Below are positions 39,143 through 55,400 of a stretch of 64,000 bases of DNA, piece after piece. The position numbers and the translations under genes were made by a program. The stretch lies in assembly GCA_965203295.1 (NCBI GenBank), contig CBDBCZ010000014.1, positions 800,001 to 864,000 of the forward strand. The letters are read 5' to 3'. The stretch's first letter is position 1; every line of letters starts with the position of its first letter. The DNA comes from Nitrospirales bacterium (lineage in GTDB: Bacteria; Nitrospirota; Nitrospiria; Nitrospirales; UBA8639). Below the pieces are notes generated by a model. It had not been told where the DNA came from and did no database searches. It saw only the letters and a program-made list of their open reading frames with translations.

Positions 39143-42100
39143 ACCGCCGCTCACGCTCACTCTAAATTCGTATGGGCAGAGAACGCAAGCACTATATAGG
39201 CTTAATTTTTTTCAACTGCCTGAAATACATTAATGTCTTGCAAGGCATTGGACCAGCAGAGATCTAGCTTCTCCTGCATGGACTCCTCTTTCTCTCCTCT
39301 CTCCACTGTTAACAAATTTACATATACCCTTTGTGCTAATAGTCATAGTAATTTAATTGGTAAACATTTATACAAATCTAGATTGCAACTTTAACTCTAT
39401 CATCATTGTAGCTACTTTCACTCTTCCAGTTTTCTATGTTATTTTATTTATTGATTTGTGACTCCTAGTTTTAGGCCGGGCATTCTTGTGTATGCGTGTC
39501 ACGAAAATAAAATATTCTATTCTATAGTCATCAAACAGTACCTCCATAGGCTCAAGCAGATTGCAGTTTTATTAAACTATATTATGCTATAGTCTTACAG
39601 TGCGTACTTCTAATTGTGCTCAACAAACTGTCGAACCAGCATTAAGTATATACAAGCGCGCAACAGCATACGGCATGCGCAGTTGCGCACATACAATAGT
39701 GTCTGCATCAAGGGTAGAATGCACAGCTGGGGATTGAACCCATGAACCTTTTCAAAAACACAATGAGCTACTAGAACCCATGAGTAGTACCCAGCTTTAC
39801 ACTAGCCTTGTGCCCAGGCTCTTGCGGTGCCTGGGTGCTAGGCTATATCTAAACCTGCTTGTATCACACATACAAACGGGACTGCCAGTAAAGTGTACAG
39901 CTTACCCATAGTATACATTGGCAGACAGAGTACACATTTTCCATCCGCCTAGTTATTCTGCATTAGCGCTTCAACAGATTGGCCATGGTTATAACACTCA
40001 GTGAAATTAGTTTTATTGGCTTTGGCTTCACCTGAGCAGCCAATAAATCGCTTATCATTAATCGCTTTCACCTTGTGCTTAAACACACCTACCAGTAGGA
40101 ACTAGCCAACTTTCTTGCTATTATGCTCATAATCATGCTCATAATCGCCTTTCTTGCTATTATGCTCATCAAGTATCAGCAAAGACACATCAAGTTGGAG
40201 CATAGTTGCAGGAGAGTTAGAACATCAGAGCATAGCATATCAATGATTTTGAGCATAAGCTCCACAAGCCTTAGCTGTATACAGCACTACATGTAGCAGT
40301 CCCTCTGACATGTATGTATGGCTGCCACAGTACAATATAGGCCTGCTAGAATAGCAAACCCTCCAAAATTTTGTGAAAACAGGAAGGGTGGCAAGGTAGA
40401 GCACAGCTAGATAGGGCTCTGGCTCTTATATACTGAGAGGTTGCTTAAAGCACTTGTGGGTTTACAAGGCTACAATAATTGTTCATGAATATAATCATGC
40501 AAGTATAATCGCTTTTAGCTCTCTGCTCTAATATTTTGTCTGTCCAGGAGTGGGCTAATATTCAGTAATACTCAGGGGTGGGCTTACGTATATTCAGCAG
40601 TGGGCTTATACTCAGGAGTGGGCTTATACTCAGGAGTGAGCTTATACTCAGGGATGTGCTAATACTCAGGGGTGGGCTTATAATCAAGAGTGGGCTTATA
40701 CTCAGTGTGGGCTCATACTCAAGGGTGGACTTAATTATATGCTCTGGGTGGGTTAAAACAGGGAGAACAATGCCCTTTGGTGTTCTTAAAACATTGATAT
40801 GGTACCAATTGCCATCAGAGGAACTTAGGCATGTACGTATGTGTAGCTAGAACTATACCTAATCACCTGGGAAGTACTGCAGTGCAGCGTGGCCTGTTAT
40901 CTAGTCAGCTTCAGGACAGGATCATGTATCTTGCTTCTGTTGTGTAAAGACAGACAGCCATCACCTGTATACGACAAGGCGGTTGTAGAGATGACATCAA
41001 AGTACATCCAGTGCATTCTAGTTGAAAACCTAACAAATAGTGAACAAAAAGTGACATTCAGAGAAGAAAAAAAACAAATGTTACTTACGTACGTACGTAC
41101 GTACATCACTTCGCACAGCTTGAACCCAGCATGCATACATTCTGAACATGGACCAGTGCATGCAGTATCTTGTCCTACGGGGAAAAATGTGGATATTCAT
41201 GTGACAAGACAGAAATTATCCATTTACAGTACTGGACATCACCATTGCCATCCTATTCTGTGACCTGCGATAACAGGATTAGGTGAGTGCTGTGAGCAAG
41301 GCAGTCATACAGCTGTACATGAAGGGTGGTTTGTGCTGCTAGCCATTTGTGAGATGACGACATGCACTCATAATAATTTACATGAGTGTCCAGTATATCA
41401 AGGCCTGCTAGCTATATATGGCAATGGATATGGGAGGTATAATGTACGTCCTCAACCTCTGTACATTAATTTCCCATTTACCCAGTTTCTCTACTGTTTT
41501 GTGGCTAAAATCAACAATGTCAATTATTTAGTGAACAGAAAGTGACATTACGCAGAATGGTCAATTTGTGCAATCATAACTCATGCAAGATTAGTCATAA
41601 TGTAAGAAATAAGGGGGGGGGGGTGGTCCTCACTACATAAAAACTTCATTCCTCCTGCCAAGTGAAGGTGTCACACCACTTAGCTGCTGGCTGCAAAAAG
41701 ATCAGGTGGCTCTACATACAAGCCCATTCAGTCCCAATATGCATACAGCCAATATAGCTCAGAGGTGCAGTGTAATATGTAGCAGCATCTCTACCTTGTC
41801 CTGCCATATGTGACGTTAGTAGTACACACTAGATCCAAATGCATCTCTTACTACATGTGTATCCATGCAACAATGCTACGTATCCTAGAAAGAGCAAATA
41901 TGACATGAATACCACTTGGGTATTCTTAACAGTGTTTCATACAAAGGGAGGGGGGGCGCAGTTGGATCTCCTCTCTCCCCTTCCCTTCAGAATTTTAAAA
42001 TTATGATGTCATATTTACTAATGACACTGATTTTGAATTAAGTGCTGCATAGTTAGCTAGCAGCCAAAAGCCACCAGAATATAAAATTTTTGGGGGGCAT

Positions 42101-42546
42101 GCCCCCAGACGCCCTAGAAGGGTGTGGTTTGCACATACCTAGGTAGGTAGCCTGTTTCACAAGGTGTACACGTAAGTGAAGGTTAGCTTCTAATGAGTGA
42201 TTATTGCATACATTGACTATCCCTAAGCATTCAGTCTCCATCCTACAGCAAAAAGTCTTGTATGAAACTCTGCTTAAGAGCGACAATATGGCCAAGCTTA
42301 AAGATACACTGCCAAGTATAATGATAAAATTCAGCACAAGTAAAAAATGGTACAGCTAGTGCCCCAGAGCAAAAGGAAGTACTCATGTTGTTGCCATAGT
42401 ACTTGCGCCATTGACCACATGCACCACCATACGCAGTTGTATGATCTCCAGTCAGAGGACAAGAGCAAGAGCAAACAGACGATTCACCGTCCTGATCACC
42501 ATATAACTTATTCTTCCAAGTATCCCAAATTAAAACTCTTAACTAG

Positions 42547-43627
42547 TTTTAATAAAGCCTTAAAATCATAACTGTCCCAATTTTCCACCCTAACCTGTTA
42601 ATTCTCTTAATTATTGAGTGCACTATACTTTTCAAAACTGCCCCACAACTGTCTAATATTTCCATGAAAGTATTTCTTATTGCAGCATACACAGGACACT
42701 CCCAGAGCACATGTACTACACTCTCAAATTCATCCCCACATAACTTACACACTGCCTGTCATTTTTACCCCCATGTCTCCCTAACTCTTCATTCAGACCT
42801 AAACTTAAACAGCAATCGTGTTCCTGGATCCACTGAGAGTAATTCTTGAATTTTATTTCCTTACAAAAAGACTTGGACAGACTCAGTTTATTTAAGCCAA
42901 CTCTAAAGTCTTTATATTCGCTCTCTATATCTCAACTCTTCATCTACTCTCTCTAAGAACAAATTTACACTGTTATTATTTCCTGTCTGTCTTGATTTCA
43001 CTGTAGCAACAATTCACTGATTAGTTTCCTCCAAGTCTTCCTCTGCCTACCCCTACACAGATTCACTCCCCACTCAAGAGTCTAGTAATAATCTAGGATA
43101 TCTCTCATCAACCAAATATTATTATTGACACCACTTAAGTTTGCACTATTCCCTCCTGCCTTTTAAAGACTCTAACTTCATATCCCCTCTTACTGTTTCA
43201 TTGCACGTTTTAGAAGAGCAGCCAAGAATCTTTTCAGCTGATTAGATTCCAAGGAAGCTGTCTGTCGCTTATTACAGGCCTACACTTCATGACCATCCCA
43301 TGAACCATTATTAGCAAATTCAATGCCCAAGTAACAGTAACTTGCAACCCTTGGAATGTCTGCATTCATTACAAAAGCCCTGTACTACATTAATATTAAT
43401 GTCTGTAAGTCCTCGGCATTTAGTAGTTAAACCTACAAAATCAGCAGCAAACTTTAGACCCCCAACCTTAACATCCTTCTCCTTAATGCCAATCCCAGCC
43501 TTCTCAACCTCATTTAACAACTGATTGATGAAAATGAAAAGAGAACTAGGCAAAATACTACAACCCTGTGCCACCCCTTGACCTATATTGAATGGTTTGG
43601 ATTTTTCTCCCTCCAGTAAAACAGCAC
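42547..43627 (-). mobile_element. Degenerate non-LTR retrotransposon (copy 2)
   Basis: Duplicate of 13750-14830. Confidence 0.85.
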
Positions 43628-46600
43628 TCATAAGAACCTTGCATACAAAAGGAAAGTTCTCTGAATACGGGAAAGTGAAGTTAACGTTTAACTTAACTTT
43701 TGCCATGGGGAAGACTAGAGCATCTGAGTAGTTGAAATATTGGCGGAATTTCGAAAGTTGGTACTCAGAGAATTTTCCTTTCTTAAGAGAGTAGATTTTA
43801 AAATAACGTTTACTTACATATTTTGCACTATCTCATAGGGAGTTTAGCTCTCAAAGTGGTATACATGTTCCCACAGCATGAAAGTCCCAGGCAAAACACT
43901 TACAGCCATATAATTGTATTGTTGTGAAAAATACGTACAATTTAATTGGCTGAAAAGAGGAAAATTAGACCTCCTTTTTGTAGCTGAACACAGTAAACCT
44001 GATGTACCATGTTTGACTCAGCTTGGAAGAAGACTCCAAGTGGCAAAAAGATTGTCAGAAAATGTTTAGAAATGTTTTGTCCGCAACTTGAGAGATTTTT
44101 TGAAAATAATAACACCTACATGTACATGTACGCTGAACAGTTGGTTGTGAAAATTGAAGTCGCCTATAAATTATTGTTAACTTTTGCCATAACGATATTC
44201 CATCACTCTAAATGCAACAATGACAAAATCGAAATACGATACATTTCATTATGTGATGTCAACTATGTAACCTGAAATTTTCACCACCGACTGTTCAATA
44301 ATATTATAGGTACTACTACATGATCTGCACCTTATAGTCTGATGTTTTGTCTGTAATTTTGATCCACTTGGAGTCTGCTCTTCAAAGGTGGGTCAAACAT
44401 GGTACATCTGGTTTACTGTGTTCACCTACAGAAAGGAGGACTAACTCCCAACGCTTCTCTTTTCAGCCGATTACCAATTTCAACAACTGGGTTGTAAATT
44501 CCTGTGGTTTACCTATCTAATTAAGACATTTGTGTGGGCAGATTTACTTATACCACTTTTAATAGAGAGATCAACTCCAAACCCTGTAGAAAATATATGG
44601 AACAGCGTATGTACATACGTATCTACTCTTGCTCTGGAGCATGCAGAAGGGGTGAAACTTACATCACTGTGATCTATAGAGGAGAGTAGGATCTTCCACT
44701 TTGGTGAAAACATGGCTGTTGAAGACATTCATGACCTTCCCAATACCAAGGCCTTGGACTAGAGAGCTAACAATTAGGGTTCAGGTCATCGCATGCCACT
44801 CCAGTGAAGTACAAGCCTCAGCATAACAACATTGCTCATATCACTCTCCAAATGCAACAGTGCACAAGCAAAGCACATCACAACTACATGTACATCACAG
44901 CTATATGCCTATATGCATATTAAGTACATGTACATAAATCTTGAAGACATTCAGAGTACAAGCCACCCTACAAAATGTCTGTCTTGCTCATGGCATGTCA
45001 CAAGCAAGGTAACACTTGACAGAGGTTCCAGTTTAGATAAAATGATCAGGGAGCTAAATCCAAAAGCTCAAAGCGGAGCGCCTGTATATGAGTATAGATC
45101 CAGAGTAGGTTACACTGTTCCTGCACTAGAATTAGGCTAGCTAAACTGCTGCTGCGTTCAAAAATTAAATGACACACCACAGCTAATCACATGACAGCAA
45201 GCTACTGTGCCACCAGAGTTCATGCAAATACAACTGCGGCTACCAAAATTAATGCCTTGAGCTTTAGTTTCTGCTATTCTGTTAGTAGCACATCGTCTAC
45301 TAATGTACTATCTATGCCTTACCCCAACATAGCTGCACAGCCTTGTCTCAGCTGCTCAGTGCACACTCATTCACTGACTATAGTACTCTACACTCCTCGA
45401 CCTTCAGCCACTCCACTCCGAGTAAATATCCCCCAATGACATTACTGCATGACTGTCACTCACAGTTCTTGCCAACATCTAGACATATATAAGCCCAAAG
45501 AAATTGTCAGCAGTCTCAAGAAGCCACCAAAAGCGACATTAATTAGAGCACTTAAGATTCAAAGGGAATATGCAGCTAAAGTCTTTCCCACCTCAACCAA
45601 GTGACTCTGTATAAAGATCTGACTAGGGCTATACAGTTAAGAACAAAAATAGCTTCTCACCATCACACTGGGGTATGTGGTAAAGTTAAGACTTCTTGTT
45701 TTTCAGTTATTTTCTTTCCCTGATTCCTTGGCAAGCTAACAGAGTGATATAATAGATCAACACTAGCAGAGTACTAGTATTAGAGTGGTAGTTATGTGCT
45801 TACATCATCGCCAGACTACGTATACTACAAGGGAGTGCTGATACGTATCTCAGTACAAAACTAGTGCAAATTATGTATCAGCACAAACAGTCAACACTAG
45901 CAGAGTACTAGTATTAGAGTGGTAGTTATGTGCTTACATCATCGCCAGACTACGTATACTACAAGGGAGTGCTGATACGTATCTCAGTACAAAACTAGTG
46001 CAAATTATGTATAATAAATCTCAGCACAAACAGTCATAGAACCATCATGTAATATTTCCTATAAACAGAGTGTCCAACATTACAGCTGAGGCACATCACA
46101 TGACAGTCATACATGCTCTAACATATTGCATGTATAGCATTGATTGTATGAATGGTACTGTAGACACAGACTCCTTTCTAGATAAACATGTGGTCTACAG
46201 AAGAATGTAGTATGCAACATGCTTTGTATGCAAGTAAGTTCCATCATGCACCTGCCCATGCTGTTGACCAAATGTGTAACTAACACACATGCATACATGT
46301 ACGTACGAAGGTACGTACATACAAAGTATATACAGGTTTATACTGGCAGTTTGAAGTGATTTTCTTTAGCATTTCTACTTCCGATATCCTTTCTTGCAAA
46401 CGATTTTCACATGATTCCAGGTGCTCCTCCATAGAAACATAGCTATGTATGTAAAACATTGTATACATTACTTCGAAACTAACTGTGAAAGCACCACAAC
46501 TACATGCAACATGAACAGTTAACATGCAATGATTACTATGCAGCAGAGAGTAATCCAAAACTAGTAAAGCCTATTACAAGCTAAGATGGAAATGTGCGTG

Positions 46601-48208
46601 TGTGTTTCATATGCATGATACCCATGCAGCCTTGACAGGGATAGTTCAGAGCTCTATGCAGTCTCTAGAATAGTCAGTATTTCTGCTCTGTTTTCCACAT
46701 AATTTACATACCTCAGATCTTTAGCCATTGGGTTCTTCTTGTAAGCAGCCAGTTCTTTCCTTAGTTCAGCTATAACAGCATCTTTTCTTTGGCTCTCAGA
46801 CTCAAACAGAGCCAGCCTACAGACTCTGTTCGTTAGACACTGCACTTGCACTTGATAATCCTGTAAAACGTGGCATGTAATCTAAATATGTACGTAACAG
46901 GTAATTTCAGAATCCAGTACACAAACTTGAAAAGCAGATACATGTATGTACATAGTCAGCTGTGTACATACATGTACATGTACATAGACTAACCATCTTT
47001 TCGAGTGTATACAGCAAGTTTTCCAGCAAGGAAAATAAACCACTTAATACAAAATGTGCATCACAATAATGTGTTCTACGACACCAAGAGCAACTATCCT
47101 GTGCTATCTATTTTGGCATGCATGTAGGAGAGGGGTGTAACTAGAATGACATTCCATGAGTAAAACATATTTAATATACCTTCTCAATGAGGGCATCATA
47201 TATACGTAGCAAAGAGTTGCTTTCAGAATCCTCTCCTGTTCTTGCTCTTTGTTCCACAGCATCCAGTCCTAAAACAGGACCAAGAATAACAATACGTACA
47301 CACATAATATTATACAGTAGTAATCATAGCAGGCTTATGGTACTGTATTGCATTGCAATTAACGAGCTCGCGAGTCAGCCATCACCTATACAAGTTTACG
47401 CTTGCGAGCCAGCCATCACCTACGGACTCGCAAGCCAACCCTTCGGCGACGGGGTTGGCAGAGTTCTGCAGAACTCTTCCTATGGCTACCAAGAGCGCAT
47501 AACTGCACAGCAAGAGCTAGCCAGATGCCTAACCAAAAGGTTCGCTGAATCATAGACATCAGTCACCACGTGGACGTTATTAACATCTATGGCTGAATAA
47601 ATATTAGGTGTTTACGGTGTATGAGCCACGCCCTCTTCCACGGATTCCGAAAATTATTATACGTGCAGGTTTGCTGTCCAAGAAGAATCGATCGTAAATC
47701 AAGACCTACGAGAGAGGCAAGTGTTTAATATCCTATGCTTCTGGTGCTCGAATGCCAGTAGGCTCTAAATATGTACACCAGTGGGCAGACATGACCAGTC
47801 TAATTGGGGTCCTATGTTTTAAAACAGTCCTAATAGTGACCCCCATGCATACATAATTAGCTGAACTAAAAATGACCTTTTTAAGCCTTGCAAGGGGTCC
47901 TGTTCCCTAACCCTATCCCTAACCTTAACCCTAACCCTAACCTGATTCTAACCCTAATTAAATTAGGGGGCTATGAATCTCATTTAAGATTAGACTTTTG
48001 CCTTACTATTCAGGGATTTGTATGCTTGGGGTCAAAATTGTCATTTTCTAGCAAAGTTGTAGCTTGATCAGACTAACCCTAACCCTAACCCTAACCCCAA
48101 CCCTAACCCTAACCCTAGGCCTAACCCCAACCCTAATCCTAACCCTAACCCTGACACTAAAGACATTTACATAAGTCCTTGAATAGTAAGGTAAAACTTC
48201 CTCCTTAA

Positions 48209-49177
<969 letters not shown>

Positions 49178-50941
49178 TTAATAGCGGTTGCACTCACCGT
49201 ACGTTATACTTCTCAAGTGGGTATCCAACTGAATGAACGCCGCTGGAATGTCACTGCAACTATGAATTTGTGTAGTGGTTCATGCGCTCCTGATATTATG
49301 TGGCATCATTGACATAACACAATCTAGTGAACAAATTGATCTTGGAGACCAAAATTTTCGGAATATTGGTCTGGGCAGACCATTTCTTCCTGAAACTTTT
49401 GATCTCCCCACGAAAATAATAATCCGACCATGTTGGAACTGTTCCACGAGCGAATTCCACCTGCTACTGTCTTCCGCACTAGACTACTACAATGCGGTGG
49501 ATAGCTACAATAGCCTGCATTGTAATAGCGAATGTATTGGCATGTTTTGTTGTCTTGGGCGACAGCTAATGCCAGAAGCCTCAAATTCACTATCACCAGT
49601 ACCATCGAGAAAGATTCCTGCATCGATGTACCTCATACAGCATTATTTAGCAACACTAGATGGCACTGTAGCAGATGTGAGAAGTAGTATATTTGCAGAT
49701 ATTCAGTTAAATTGCTTAATAATAGCTATGCCATAGTACATCCAAAGGGGGACCAACATTTTCAAGGTAGGACGTGTAGGACCTACTGTGCTGAAAGATT
49801 CAAAATTGGCAATTCTGCTGGAAGATGTAGCTGGGGGGGGGGGGGGGGGGGGGGTCAGTTTTCCAATAGAAATTTTGGTCCTTTGACCATTTCTTCCAGG
49901 ACCAAGATTCCAGACACATCTGGATTTCAGTTGGAACTTAGCAGCTTTAAATTTGTTTCTACAGGTATTATAATAATGTGTATGTAAAGTGTGTGCAACT
50001 TGCTGTGTGGGTATAGATTTCTTAAACGTACAGCTTTACTTGCATCGTCAGAATGTTTAAGCGTCAGTCATATCATAACCATGCAGCTTTTCTGTGATGA
50101 GTTGCCTCCTTTCAAACAATGTTCACAGCAGGCAAGTACTGAATAACTGTAAATGTGATTCTGCTATTGCAGGTCAATGTAACTTCATTGATGTTTTTCA
50201 ACTACCATGACCACAAATGAAGATAAGGTGCCTCACAGCAGCAGTGCTCCACCCTCAGCTCCAGAAGCAGTATCCCTACGACACAGGTGTCAATTTTTTT
50301 AGTTTTGTTCAATACTATTTGCATGTATGCACAGTAGGTATTACATGTACATCGCAAACTCTTCAGCTTTCAGCTGAGCTACTTGCTATGTACATGTACA
50401 AGTAGATGTAGCTGTAGACATGTCCATGTTCATGTCAATTCTATACTGGAGGATGAATTGTAATTGCAAAAGGTTGTCACAGAAACGTGTATGTAGCGTG
50501 TAAACACCGTGCAAATCAGACAACCTGTAAAAAATATGGACAGAATCTCCAAATTATGTGCAACTGCTAGCAACATTACAATATTGCCAGAGTAGTGACT
50601 CTTGAGTGGTCAGCTAGCATAGAGTGATAAGTGTGGCTAGGCCTTAGTGTGAGATCATTATGGAGTATGTTGCAGAGCAGACCTGCACATCTGAACACTT
50701 GATTAGACCTCATCAGTTATCACCGACTTTGAGTTTACTTTACTTTAGCTGTCTATAGCACAACTACTGCTAACACATACCAGTGACTACCACCTATTAA
50801 CAAAATCTATCTTAGTCACAGTCTGTTACACATGCATGCGTATCGGCAACTGCCGTCAGCCAGTGATGTGTATTTTTTGGATGCAGTTGATAGCAGAGAA
50901 GCAGCCTCAAGCAACGCTTTCCTTTCTTCTTTTTCATTTAG

Positions 50942-52403
50942 CCCATTTTAATACATGATGAGACAACTGTATCAGATCCCAGTTCTCCACACCAAGGAAG
51001 GAATACTCACGGTAGGTTTGATTTGTTGTAAAGTAAGTCTGCACTATTGGTTTTATTTGAGTTGGACATTCAATACCATTATTTTTACAGTACTTCTGAA
51101 ATTTTTATGATAATATATGTAATTATTATTTCAGTACATCTGGAATTTCTGTGGGCCATATGAGTATTATGTTTCCAAAATCTGGTCATACATGTGCAGG
51201 AGGGTTGAGCCCCCCACACACACCACACACACACAAAAGCAACCTGGATTGATGTTAAAATTTCCTTCACACCAGTTGGTACCCATCTAGTGTCTAGTGC
51301 AACGTAGCCTTGTTTCCACACACGCACACACACACACTTTTAGTAGCTGTACCCACCCCTGATGTGACACTCGTTAATTGCATTCACCCAATGTACCATA
51401 AGCCTGCTATAGTTACTACTGTATATGTGTGTACATATTGTTGTTCTTGGTCCTGTTTTAGGACTGGATGCTGTGGAACAAAGAGCAAGAGCAGGAGAGG
51501 ATTCTGAAAGCAACTCTTTGCTACGTATACATGATGCCCTTATTGAGAAGGTATAGTTTTACTCATGGAATCTCATTCTAGCTACATCCCTCTCCTACAT
51601 GCATGCCAATATAGATAGCACAGGATAGTTGCTCTTGGTGTCGTAGAACACATTATTGTGATGCACATTTTGTACTAAGTGGTTTATTTTCCTTGCTGGA
51701 AAATTTGCTGTATACACTCGAAAAGATGGTTAGTCTGAGTGGGCCATCAGCCTGTTCTGATCATTGGCCCTTACTTACATACACATGTACATGTATGTAC
51801 ACAGCTGACTATGTACATACATGTATCTGCTTTTCAAGGTTTGTGTACTGGATTCTGAAATTACCTGTTACATACATATTTAGATTACATGCCACGTTTT
51901 ACAGGATTATCAAGTGCAGTGTCTAACTGACAGAGTCTGTAGACTGGCTCCGTTTGAGTCTGAGAGCCAAAGAAAGGATGCTGTTATAGCTGAACTAAGG
52001 AAAGAACTGGCTGCTTACAAAAAGAACCCAATGGCTAAAGATCTGAGGTATGTAAATTATGTGGAAAGCAAGGCAGAAATATTAAAGAGACTGCATATAG
52101 CTCTGAACTATCCCAACTCTGTAAAAGCTGCGCATGGGCATCATGCATATGAAACACACACACACATTTTCCATTTTAGCTTGTAATAGGCTTTACTAGT
52201 TTTGGATTACTCTCTGCTGCATACTAATCATTGCATGTTTAACTGCTCATGTTATATGTAGTTGTGGTGCTTTCACAGTTAGTTTCAAAGTAATGTATAC
52301 AATGTTTTACATACATAGGTATGTTACTATGGAGGAGCACCTGGAATCATGTGAAAGTCGTTTGCAAGAAAGGATATCTGAAGTAGAAATGCTAAAGAAA
52401 CAG
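50942..52403 (+). pseudogene. FHAD1-like exon block (copy 2)
   Basis: Duplicate of 22155-23615. Confidence 0.6.
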
Positions 52404-55400
52404 GTCTGTATCACTTCAAACTGCCAATATAAACCTATCTATACTTTGTATGTACGTATATCTTCGTACGTACATGTATGTGTGTTTATTACACATTTGG
52501 TCAACAGCATGGGCAGGTGCATGTTGGAACTTACTTGCATATCCACATTCTTCTCTTGTAGGACAAGATGGGAGTGATTGATCCTATTTTTGCACCGAGA
52601 AAGGCCAGAAGGAGAGATATAGCGTGCACTGGTCCATGATCAGAATGTATGCATGCTGGGACCAAGCAGAGCTGAGTGATGAACATATGTACATAAGTAA
52701 CATCTGTTTTTTTTCTTCACTAATGTCACTTTCCGTTCACTAATTGTTGGATTATCCTGATTTTCAACTAGAATGCACTGGATGATGTACTTTGATGTCA
52801 TCTCAAGTTTGGTTACAACCGCTTGATAAATACTGGAGATAATTATAAACCATGCAGTGAACTGTGCCCAATTGCCGTAGACAATGTATTAGGGGGAGCA
52901 ATGTTTGGCACCCCTACTACAGTGTCTGTAGAAAGTGGACAGAATTCACTAGTGCATAACTTTGGAACATAACAATTACAGTGCAATCAAACTTGAGATA
53001 ACAACTCAGTATACTAGCTTTCTAATACCATATTGTATGGTCATTTGTCTGCCGTGTTTGAATCAAATCATTATTCATTAATTTCCCTTCATTCAGTGCT
53101 GACTGGTAGATGTTACAGATTTCAGTCTTCACGGAATGCTATACAGTTATTCATATCACCTTCCTCCCCTTTTTTCACTACATGGCTAACCCAGACTGGA
53201 ATAAGAAAAACCCTGAGAACCAGGCAATTAAGCACTGCTACATATACTGATTATAGTCTTGTAACTGTGTGTAAATATAGGAAATTTAATTAGCTAAGAG
53301 TATTTCTCAATAAGGTAATTTATGAATACCACAATGGTCTGCCAAACTAATGTACCCAAGTACCATTAATCAGCATTGTGCTGTATCTATGCCCTTGCTT
53401 GGCCTGTTACCCTGTGTGATCTGTGTATACTGTAGTGATAACATGCTGCCAATGGCGCATGCACTGAATGCCTTAGGCTGTATTTTGTCTCAATTAATTG
53501 CCAGACAAAATGAGTGAATTGCATTTCCAAGGGGAAAGATTGTCAGTGAAGCGAGCAATAAGTGAACCAAGAAATCAGCAAATAGAGAAGCAAGTGAAGC
53601 CTTAGACTGAGTGTGTATGGAGTACCACATGTGCTAGGCTATTTTGTTTATTCATGCAGTGATATTGATTTTGCATAGCTGATGACATAGTATCCAGACA
53701 CACATAATATAAGAACTATAGCACAGTACAGTCACAGATACAATAATTATATGACTTAAAACTGCTATAGCTGTTTCGAAACTCAAAAGTGAAAATTGGT
53801 GACTATGGAGTGCAAGGTTTCCTAATCAGTGCTGCTTCACTTCCCACTCACTGTCTAGTAGTAATGTAGGATATCTCTCAGCATCCAAATTATTGACTTT
53901 ATACGTTTGCATCTATCCCTCCTGCCTTTCAAAGATTCTAACCCCATATCCCCCTACTGCTTCATTGCACGTTTTAGAAGAGCAGCCAAGTATTTTCTAG
54001 CTGCTCCTAGCTGAGTAGATTCCAAGGAAGCTGTCTGCCTTTTATTACAAGCCCACACTATTCTAAGTAGGACTAAGTACCGAAACTAGCAATAACCTTC
54101 TTGCAACTGTACTAATATTTCTATGACTTAAAAACCTACGTACTTGATTCAATTTTCTCTCCTATATTCATTGTATCTACCTGCACACTACCTGAGACCA
54201 GCAACAAGCTGTAATCTGCAACTATATAATTAATGACAGAATTCTGCTTCATACAAGGCTATACGTACATACCTTACTGAATGTCAGCACGTGTTCTTCT
54301 TGCTGCAGTATGGTTGAGAGAGTATGGCCTACTCTGCACCCCAGTGGTCACGCTTGGTGACTGTAGTAGGCCTATAGAATTGATTGTTGTCATATTTTCA
54401 ATGTCAGCTATTCAGTCCTGACTTCTAAAATTAGGGTATATAACCAAGGAGAGTAGCCAACATCAAGTGTGCATGCTGCTGGCTGCTATAGCTAAGTGCT
54501 GGTGGCTACTTGATATGTATTCATAAACTAGATACTTTGAGTGGAATCTATTATCTACAGCTAATAGTTTGAGATGACATAATCACTGTAGCCTTAAGCA
54601 CTAGACTCTGGGAGAATAGCGGTTTGTGCGGATTTCAGACAAGTGCAAGAAAGAGTGGGAATTGTTCACAGGAATATACGAGCGGGTTGCACACACTCTC
54701 AATAAATGAAAGAGTGACTATTAGTGCTATTGCTATAGCCTGCCAGACACCATTACAGCACATATGTTGCAGGGTTTCATACACAAAGTAAAAGTTCCCA
54801 CAAAATGGTGAAGGCGAGTCTAATTTTTTTTTTCACCTCGGGAGCATTATTTCTTACTTCAAGTAGAACAGCAGATCTTGGCAATAAAGTTGCAAACATT
54901 CTCCCAAACATTAATTGTTGCCTGAGCCTTTGGTTATTGGTTGTCCTAAAAAAAGGGCAGTATTATTTATACCTCACACCATGAAACTTGGATAAATGTG
55001 TTGGAAACAAGAATACTCGTCAAGGGGTAGTTCCCAAGCATCTACCCTCAAGATGTTGGTGTCAGCTTTAGCTATAAATTATCGGAGAGTTATTTCTCAG
55101 ACTGAGTTGATGTACCCCAGAATATACTTCAGACACTGAAGTAGTATGTAAGAATATTAGCTAAAGAAATACTTGACCTTGAAATAGAGAAGGATAGTTC
55201 AACAAAAGTCATGCCACTCTCGCTAGCTGTCCTCTTTAGTGGTTTCCTGCTAGAGTTTAGGCTCTCCTGACGACTGCAGAGCACCAATGAAAACATTATT
55301 GATGAACTTCCCATACAATCAAACGGTAGATGTATTATAAATGCGTTACTCTGTAAACATGTACACCATATTTCGTTACCTTACAACATTGCATTTTCTG